The translations under genes were made by a program, and so were the position numbers. A stretch of 20,000 nucleotides of DNA, taken from Folioceros fuciformis (lineage: Eukaryota). This document shows positions 9,239-17,975 of the stretch, piece after piece. How positions within the stretch are numbered: the first letter of the stretch is position 1; every line of letters starts with the position of its first letter. The notes under the pieces were generated by a model. It saw only the letters and a program-made list of their open reading frames with translations, made no database searches and was not told where the DNA came from. Location of the stretch: the NCBI GenBank assembly GCA_049999805.1, contig JBNGIO010006150.1, positions 340,393-360,392 on the forward strand. The letters are read 5' to 3'.

Positions 9239-12200
9239 ATGATACATGACAAGGGACAAGAATCGCACTACTCGGCCATGAAATGCTCAAGGATGAGCAT
9301 GGAGAGAAGAAGGCTCCTGAACGCTAAATCCACTGCTTCGAGACACCGGTATGGATGGCTTACAAATGCTATGTCTTCTGTTGTCCTTTCCTGCCTTTCT
9401 GTCGTGTCTTTCCGTTAGACTCAGAACGCAAAGCCTGCAAGCCAAATCGTGGTGTCGACAACATATGTAGGAAATGGCAAGAGGTTCGTCTGGAAAGGGA
9501 GCAGTCTGAGAAGAGGGAGGCACAGGAGATATTAGAGCTGCGAAGGAAAGAACGAGCAAGGCTGGCAGAGTACATCCACTCGGCTGTGCAAAATCCCGTG
9601 AAAACGTCAGCCAATGTCAATTCAACGGGACAACGCGGTTGCAGCAAGCAGGAGAAAGGCGTGCATAAGAAACCGAGGTGGAATTCTTCAGTATACAGAG
9701 AAGAGAGGGATATTGATGACAGGGTCAGGGTAATCGCTAAAGCAGGGCCTCCAACGAATCACCATGCAACTGGCGGAAAAATCACCTTGCATTCGCATAC
9801 TTTGAGAACTATGAACATAACACACTCAAATCCGTAAGACTACTCTTGCAATGTCTGAATTTCGCGAGTCCATCATCGTCTTGTCGTTCGTTTGGTGCTT
9901 AAGATTCTGTGCCAACTTAAGTCACCTGCGACATCCTTCACAGGAAGAGGAAGGAGAGCTTCGAATCTGAAGGGCACCATGCAGCTTCTTCTGTACACGA
10001 CTACAGCGAGTCCTGGACGGGAAGTGCTCGTGATGCATACGAGCATGACTCGCATCTGGATTGTGGTCCCATAGATTACTCAAAGCTAGAGTTAGATGAG
10101 GACGGGTACTATGTGAACAGGGATTTTCAGCACATCACTCCTGCAGTAGATGACTCGGAGATGACTGCGTCATCAATCACGACTGCAAGTAGCCTAAACA
10201 CCTTCTCAAACACTTTCACATCACCCAAGGTTTTGAACATAGGATTCTCGAAGAAGGCCTACGCAGAGAAGAACACAAATCAGGATGGTCAATGCTATGA
10301 AAAGGATCACGAATTCTTCGAGGCCGAAGCGGCCTCTATTCTCGACTGTTCCCAACAAGTGTTTGTATCAAGATCAACTTCACCGTCAAATTCAATAGCC
10401 AACTCTAGAAATGATATGGCTTGTAGTTGTGCTTCACCTGCAGAAGATCAGAGGTCTTCAGGTTCAAGGGGAGAAGTAGGTGACGTGCCTGACATATCTG
10501 GTACATCACAAGGATTTAATAGGGAAGCAAGTTATCTCCGCGAGGAGATAGTCAAGGCTAGACTTGCAAATGAAGCTGCTACAGCGAGGCTAATTGCAGA
10601 GGTCACTGCCATTCAGTCTCGCCTTGAAGATTGCAACCAGCCAGAAGCCCTAGATTTTGGGGATGGTGAAGAGATCCACACTGTGGAGACAGATGGTCGG
10701 TCACAGCTTACACAGGAAAGTGATAAGAGCCAAAAGCATGAACCACACGTTGTTCTGGATGAGTGCACCTGCTCACGCAACGACGACCAAGGGACTATCA
10801 AAGTACACAACACGGCCATGACCGTCCAGCTCTCCAACGTCTGCAGAAGTGAAGAACAACACAACTCGGCAGTTGCAGCCTTGACTGCTTACTGCGTCTC
10901 TCCTTCAGATGAACAAGGCTACAAGAGGGCTCGAGGAGAACAAGGACATATCAATGTAAGCAATGTTGCAATGCAAAACTGGTTTCCAAATAAACAGCTC
11001 CATGCCAACGAGAGCTTCAAAATACATACAGAACGCCATAGCTCCAGAGGAAAAACAACTGAGAATGCACATGCATTCTCGTGTAATGAAACGAGAGGTC
11101 TGCAATCCGAAGCCTGGGAAATAGGGTGGGAAGAGCAGGGCCCCTTACACCGGAAGCAGCCACCTTCTATACATTCCATGCCATATGCAGCAGTGGCTCC
11201 TGCCAACGCCGTGGTCACAAATGTGCAGAATTCTCAAGCGAGTCAACCATCTCTACCTCGACTCTTCAATATGAGTCATCAGACGTCCAGGCAGGGGTAC
11301 GAAGTTGGGCACTTCAGATCACCCCAGCTGCCTCAGCCCCTTAGTACCTGTGAGGTTTCCAGGGAAACATCTCAGGAGATGCAAACAAAGCTGTCTGTCA
11401 CACACCACGAGCATGCCAGGGACACATCTCGAGGCCGACAAATGGCGCCCGCAAGAGCAACACAACCCTTTACCACGATCAATGAAAGGCCAAGGCATAC
11501 CTCGGAGGATGAGCAGGGCAAACTTTCCCGAGAAGCTCAACCTCGACAACTGAGCCATTTGAGGAGCAAGGAATCCTTGCTTCCCAGGGGACATGAACAC
11601 GAATCTGGTGCCAAAGCCACACCAAGCCCGCCAGGCAGTTCCGCTGGCAATAGACCAGATGAAATCTGGATGCCCAAGCAGACGACCTTGTTTGCAGTTC
11701 AGGATCAGAGGCCACCTCCTGCCTTACCACCGAGGGAGTGGTGTGCACCACCACGGATGGCTACAGGTGATGGCCCAGTTTTGTCTGAAGAAGAGAAGAA
11801 CATTCTAGCCTCTCTGGAAAAGCTGGACTTGAAGTTGGCGGCAGTTTCTGCTCGCATCTCAAAATCTGCGTGCAATTCAGTCGTTTCTGACGGAGGACAC
11901 AACTCTACTAGGTCAGCACCGACTGTAATGGCACCACCTAGCACGTTAGCAGGCAGCAGCTTGTTGAGCCTCGGTAGCCGTCCAAGAAAGTGCTGTGTCA
12001 CGAATCCACGGAGCCCTCTGGTGAGCTATCTCGGTTTACTCTCCTCAGCGATGTTGAACTTGACATGCCTCCACACCATGACACAGCATCTTTTTCTGTT
12101 GAATATGACTACATAGACTCCTCAAGCACTACGACCATTTAAAGGACTTCAGCGTCGTATGGTCGGACTGACTAATAACTGCAGGCTGAAACCAGAGGCT

Positions 12201-12454
12201 CCTCAGATTGACAGGTACGTCTAGGCAGTTATACGCTAAAATGTTGCTATGCTGATATCCTGCATACACAAGTTGATTCCTGCTTCAACCTCAACACGGT
12301 AGTACGAGTAACTAAGCTTAAACCTATTGAATGCAGCGAAAGGAATCTGGCAAGGAGGACTCCACAGCTCAACCCCAGGCCTACATTTGAAAGAGAAGGA
12401 GGAGGTGACATTTTGCTTCATCAGTTTCCCCATCAATGTTTTGATGACCACTGA
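9239..12454 (+). CDS. Uncharacterised, largely disordered protein with short coiled-coil segments, 5 predicted exons, ~921 aa
   Basis: Frame-consistent GT-AG model: 9239-9348, 9471-9833, 9944-12020, 12117-12214, 12337-12454 (2766 nt). The 2-kb open exon is secure, while the first and last exons are less certain. Rich in S/Q/E/P/H. Confidence 0.65.
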
Positions 12455-12554
12455 AGGGCCTAACTGATGCTGCACGAAGTGTGACTATGCCTCGTGTTCA
12501 GAATCGACTCGATTAATTGGATAGCTTTTGTTAGCATCGGGGACCTCAAGAACT

Positions 12555-13394
12555 CTACTTAGTTGATCCTATAGGGTCCTTCTCCTCAACCTCCGACTCC
12601 CCAGCCTTACTCTGGACCGTTCGTAAGGCTTGTCTCAAACCAATTACTATGAACAAATTTGTGAGAGTCAAGAAAAATTCAGCTCCGCCATGGAGCCAAT
12701 CAACATTTGACAAGGATGTTCCATAGTGCAGCTTGGCTGCATCACAGATGCACCAAAAATTTGTGTGAGAACCCGCTGGCATCAAACACATTCACCGCAA
12801 TTGCAGGAGGAAAGCGCAGCAGGTAAAGCCACATTTGCGACACAAAAATTTCACTCACCGTAAATGCCAGCGGGTACTGATGGCACAAGATACATCCACA
12901 ACACAACAAAATCACACAAAGAGTAAGCGTGTGGCCAGATTCAGGGATCCTGCCCAGGAAAGAACAGCAAAAATGGCCCACACTTTCAGACAGCACACAA
13001 ACGTACTCGTGGCTCCCACAAACACAAGGAGAAAGTAGAATCCGAAGAGCGTAAGTTTCGGTGCAGTCTTGGACCGCGTCATGTGATACAGAAATCCGAG
13101 ATAGGGAATCAAAGACACAGCGAAGAGCTGCGAGGCGATACTCTGTGAATCAATATTAGGTGACCATGGATCCACAGGCAAAAATCCCGCAACTACAGCC
13201 ACATATTGCCTTCTTGGTGCCGTCTTGGTCCCTCTGCCTCCTGGAAGCAGGAGCCACAGCCTTGTTTTACCGGAGAAAGTGAATGAGCGGGAGGCCGCTA
13301 TGCCTCTACTGGTAGGGCAGCCACGTCTGCCATGTGAAGGGACTGCCCAGCGGTGTGATCCATGGCACGAGCTCAAGGAACAAAGTAGCTCCAT
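12555..13394 (-). CDS. DUF3593-family plastid membrane protein, 3 exons, ~195 aa
   Basis: Exons 13394-13007, 12876-12859 (18-nt microexon, IPAGIY), 12736-12555. Joined protein: ...SQLFAVSLIPYLGFLYHMTRSKTAPKLTLFGFYFLLVFVGATIPAGIYAKLHYGTSLSNVDWLHGGAEFFLTLTNLFIVIGLRQAL. This matches the cyanobacterial/plastid DUF3593 pattern as remembered. N-terminal transit-like peptide. Confidence 0.88.
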
Positions 13395-13845
13395 CAAACT
13401 ATGTGTATGGAGAGACAAGCTTTCCAGCTCCAACAATCACAAAGCAACTTCTCAAAGTGCCGATAGGAGCCGCCTCGCCTCTGTGCGTGGAAGCACTGAC
13501 ACATCAGGGTCGATTCACACATGCATGCATATAATGTACATAAAGACAGACAAGGGGTATTTCTATGATTGAAAAAGAGATGAAAGTCCATCTACTCCAA
13601 AGATTGGAAGAACAATTCCATAAAGACAGACATTTCACCGGTGAAGGCAAATACATACTTCTACGCGCATTTCCATGTAATAAGAACGGTGCAGTAACCT
13701 CGACCTCTGCAGCGCGAAGGCCTAACGGTGCTGTCATATGCGTACTCCATGTAGTTTAGGTCGAACGTTTTGGAAACGAGTTACCTCGCTGCGCGCCGTG
13801 TGGTGCCATGCTATTGTAGTGTTCTGTTGGTGATTGAGGACCACC

Positions 13846-13998
13846 TGCTTGAATCGCAGAAGCATCCAGGGGTTCGGCAGCTCATCACTTGCATGATGTG
13901 GAAGCATACATTTGTGGTGGCCATCTCTATTGCAAGTAGGTGACGAGAGACTTACAGGCGGGGATATAGGACATGTTTGCTTGAGCCGTAGGAGCATC
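13846..13998. repeat. Imperfect 21-nt direct repeat, period 132 nt
   Basis: tgcttgaatcgcagaagcatc (13846-13866) vs tgcttgagccgtaggagcatc (13978-13998): 17/21 identical, all mismatches transitions. Confidence 0.55.
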
Positions 13999-14156
13999 GT
14001 AGAGCTGGTGGGACTGGCTCTTGTCTACCTGGGCGAAAACTGGGTACCGAAGACATGTCCGCATCTTCTACTTTTCGGTCGTACTATCACGTCAGTGGGT
14101 TTCATAATCAGCATCATAACATACTGCTAGATAATTTTCGGTGAGGTGATGGAGCT

Positions 14157-14264
14157 GGGAAGGTCCTGCAACCTCTCTGGCTTTATCCAAAAGTCACAGC
14201 ACGTCCACCGAAGGTGGATGCGGTGTGTCTTTGACTTAATCGCAGAGAGGTTGCAGGACTTCTT
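14157..14264. repeat. Long fold-back inverted repeat (candidate pre-miRNA or small foldback element)
   Basis: gtcctgcaacctctctg (14163-14179) is the exact reverse complement of cagagaggttgcaggac (14243-14259). Nested inner stems: aagtca/tgactt and cgtccacc-gaa-ggtggatg. Confidence 0.85.
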
Positions 14265-14309
14265 GTCTCAGACTTCCTGCCAGCCTGCCAGCATTGTGCA
14301 TGGACGTCA

Positions 14310-15546
14310 AAAAGTGCCACTGTATGCCGGTCGTGCCATGTCTCTTTGGTTGTCCGTTGTGTGGCAAGAGGGTAAAAGCGATTCGAGCTTCTTGGTGGTG
14401 GTCCATCCTACTGCTTCATGCAGTATGGAGGTGCCCATATGCTTTGTCCGGCTAGGCAAAGGTTTCCTTCCCAGCCGTTCATTAGTCCCTGACACCCTGC
14501 TGTATTATGCCAGGGGGGGAGGTATGGAAGCATCTTTGCAGGGCCCCAGCTCCTTGTGTCCGGATTGAGCATGGTGACTCCGAACAGGGACCCATCAAAC
14601 TCAACAGCATGTGGGTAGACAAAGGTTTTTGAGTCCTGCCCTGCGCAAGTCAGATGATGTAGGTGATGGTGGCCCCAGTAGAAAGATCTCCTGCAACACA
14701 GAGCGATCGTCCAGGCTGTGCACAATGAGCCGTCCACTTCAATGATTGGACAAGGTGAAGAGGCGGTTTCAGTCAAGGCCTTTAGAAATCTTGGATTTGT
14801 TGGGTCTGATTCTTGGATAAGATGGACAAAATAATTAGATTGGTCAAGAGCCTGAGGATGGCGAATGCGGTCTATTGGGGATGTGTAAGTCTGCCCGTGG
14901 ACAGCTCTCCAATCATTTGCCTTAGGCGCACATATTCCTGCACAGCATGTAAGTCTTCCTCCAGAATCATTAGACCAGTGGAAGATGTGGAGTACCTTGA
15001 AAGTTTCCGCTTCCTTGGCCATAAGGCAATTAATCTCGTCCTTTTCTTTGTGGCTGCTGTACAGGTGTCCCTTCAATGTTGCTGGTACCTTAAATTCTGG
15101 GAGCGTCTGCCATGTCTTGCTTGATGGGTTCGCGATTATCACCCCTCATGTTTTCTGATGCATATCAGGCCGTTGCCAAAGAAATTCACTTGTCCCCTAT
15201 AGAAACTGGAGGTAAGAAGGCTACTTGTATTCTGCGGAAGGAATTACAGATTGATGGGATCTACCATTCCTTTGCGCAGGCGTGGTGGCCCTGTCGGATT
15301 AGCTGCACCCCATAATGGGTAGTATGCTCGGACAGTCCCGTTGGGAATAGTGTGATGCAGATCCTCCGGACATCCATGTCCGCCTGTGACCTCGAATGCA
15401 CAACTCTCGGCTGGGAGGGGCCTTTCTCCTTATGTGCCCTGGGATCAGAAACCTGGTTTCTCAATGGTTTGTTTGAATATCTTGCTCAGGACCTTGGCCC
15501 GACTCATTTCAACAAACGAAGAGAATGCAATCACTTTCATGATTAG
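14310..15546 (-). pseudogene. F-box / beta-propeller (F-box-associated or kelch-like) pseudogene, 5'-truncated
   Basis: 15546-15445 reads LIMKVIAFSSFVEMSRAKVLSKIFKQTIEKPGF*, the C-terminal part of an F-box motif. Then KEW*/NL*FLPQ, then GNGLICIRKHE, a 1-nt frameshift near 15143, then VIIANPSSKTWQTLP and FKVL..F. These are typical plant F-box-associated motifs, with multiple stops and frameshifts. The remnant may extend to ~13850. Confidence 0.72.
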
Positions 15547-15716
15547 CGATTATTTAATATTTGAATTATATAGCTATAATTGAATTATTCATTATCAATA
15601 GAGAGTACATTCGAAGATCTCGCTTTCCAGTGTGGTCAAAATATGTCGTCTCTATCGACGGAATTATCACAAAAAATTTCAGTTTACAACTTGTGACCAC
15701 TAAGCTCGTGTTTGCA

Positions 15717-17512
15717 CTAATAACTTTTGATAGATTTATAATGGTCCTCATCGATAGTTGAGTATATTAAACCCTCGTTTTGCAGAAAATCGATAGCATC
15801 TCTGCAGAAAAAGGTCAGACCGTTCTATCCCACCGTCAGCGATATTTGATTTCTAAAGCATGAAAAGCAAACGACCGGGATGACATCCTGAGCTGGCCCG
15901 ATCAACGGGTCCATTTGAACTCACCTGACTCTCCGCCTGTCGTAGCCTGGCATTCTTCTCACCACATCGTCTACATGCAGACCCTCAACAATGTGCCTGC
16001 GGATACGCAGAAGAATGGTCGATGATCAATCAGTGGGAGGGAGGATCATCCAAAAACCGTACGTCTGGCAAAAGTCACAATTAACTTACAAACTAGCAGG
16101 GTCGTCAAAAATCTGTTGAACACGTTTGTGACAATCGTCCACAGAGCTACCCATCGTCGATAGGGCAGGGGTCGTGTACTGCCACACAAGAGAATTGATC
16201 AGAAACGCACTGAAAGCACGTTAGGGGCAGATAAGACACCGGCCAGTTCAACCATACCTGATTGCTGTAACTGTTACTGTTCAAGTTTGGTTTCGCCCCA
16301 GCCACGAAATCTGAAGAGGGGTTTGACAGCGGATTCGTGACACCATTCCCCTGGTAATGTCCAGATAAGAAAAAGTTGTCACAGCCCAGCGGTATACATC
16401 GTCAAGTAAACCTCTGCTGTGGCCACAATGGAAGTGAGGAGGCGTTGATAAAGTCAAACATACATGACCCTTTGTATTTGAGAGGTGCACATAGATGCAC
16501 TCCAGGAAGTGAAAAGTAACTTCATTGAAGTCCGTGATAGCCCTGCAACAGTCCGTCAGTTCCAAGTTCGTTTTGACCTGAACACTAGAGACAGATGACC
16601 AACCCTAAACCCTTGAGTCCCAGAGCTGCTTCCCATCACCTTGTAGCAAAGGCATGGACGCTCTTCTTCCCTTGGAAAGATCGGAGGTGACCATGCACAC
16701 GGATATATGCCTGGTTTCTGCAGTACAGGCAACATAATTTCAGTTCAAACGCTTAAGAATCTTGACCTGCACCAAACCAGCTAGGGAAGGGAACTTGTGC
16801 CTGATGGAAGAAGACTCCGGCTGATCATAACTATCCTGAGGATCCACCCTATGGGAAGGAAAAAACACACAACACAGAGTCATAGCCTGGCCACAACAGA
16901 GCACTACCTACTATCACATCCTCACGAAGGCAGCACAGTCAAATTGAGAATTGAGGTACCATCGCTTGACCTCAATCTTCCCTGTACCGTCGTCCAGGAT
17001 GAAGGACACATCCGTCACCTTCTCCTCCTTATTAGTCACCAGACCTACCAAAGTGACCTGACATACAACAGCCAAGAGTCAGACAAAGAAAAGGAAACTC
17101 AGATCATCCCAACCAAAATGACCTACATATTATCAGTCAAGGAAGCGATGAAAACAAGATTGAGCCACCGACAAGGCGCTCAGACACACAGAGTCACATA
17201 CATTGCTGACTTCCTGTCCATCCACCACGAAGTTATCATCTGTAGCCTTCTGCAATGCCGAGCTTATTTGCTTCACGGTGAGAGGCATGAGAGACTGATT
17301 CACGGGCCCGCTTTTCTGTGAACCACACAAGCTCAATACCAGCGCACAACGGCAAGGGGCCAGATATCCATTGAGGCAGCGTAATCAAATTCAGCACTTA
17401 CCCGGGAGGCTGAGTTGTAAGTCGAGTCGGTTTGCAATGTTGTAGACTGCGAAGGCATGAAACCTCCGCCGCTGAAGAGGTTACCGCCATCGCCATGACC
17501 TTCGGAGTACAT
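15717..17512 (-). CDS. RPA2: Replication protein A 32 kDa subunit, 10 exons, ~288 aa
   Basis: Exons 17512-17402, 17315-17202, 17057-16960, 16848-16801, 16717-16640, 16542-16464, 16350-16258, 16178-16090, 15996-15925, 15801-15717 (867 nt). Motifs: FSGGGFMPSQ, LMPLTVKQI, VTLVGLV, FILDDGTGKIEVKRW, YIRVHGHLRSFQGKK, ITDFNEVTFHFLECI, and the winged-helix end DAIDFLQNEGLIYSTIDEDHYKS. Confidence 0.95.
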
Positions 17513-17583
17513 CGTTTCAGGATTTGGAAGAAGCAACACTGCACGTTTTGAAAGCAGGCGAAGAGCCGGGGGCTGGCTGAAAC

Positions 17584-17643
17584 GCGGGAACTCGGAATAT
17601 GCAGGCTTGTGTCACGTTTTTTAGCTCGTTTGGTCTCTCCCGC
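17584..17643. promoter_or_regulatory. Two E2F-like sites upstream of RPA2
   Basis: gcgggaac (17584-17591) and tctcccgc (17636-17643) lie 70-130 nt upstream of the ATG. Each is one mismatch from TTTCCCGC. Replication genes are typical E2F targets. Confidence 0.4.
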
Positions 17644-17652
17644 AACAGTGTG

Positions 17653-17691
17653 AAGGTTAATGAGACGTTTCGTCTGTCAAGGTTAATGAGA
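17653..17691. repeat. 13-nt perfect direct repeat in the RPA2 upstream region
   Basis: aaggttaatgaga at 17653-17665 and 17679-17691. Confidence 0.7.
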
Positions 17692-17975
17692 TTTTTTCTG
17701 AGTGACCTCTTGAAGAAGAAGCAGGAGCCATCTGTACCAAATGCGAACTGTGTGCCTACGAGCCTGACATCGGCCGGTGGAGGAAAAAGATGCTGGCGCC
17801 CAGAAACACCATGGGTCCGACGATGCGAGGGCTGTGAAGAGTCACAAATGTCTTCTGCGTGACAAGATTGCTATCAGGAGGACTGCTGCCGGATATGGCA
17901 ACACTTCAAAAGTACGTACCACCCGAGTTCACTACACATGAGGACTAATCAGACTAGAAGAAAGATACCCTAAAC

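Noticed and set aside
15547-15780. AT-rich patch first suspected to be a MITE
   Set aside because: 15717-15801 is the last RPA2 coding exon and the rest fits a 3' UTR. No convincing TIR or TSD.
16601-16613. aaccctaaaccct, a telomere-repeat or telo-box-like fragment
   Set aside because: Fewer than two full units, in a mid-gene RPA2 intron and not near the TSS.
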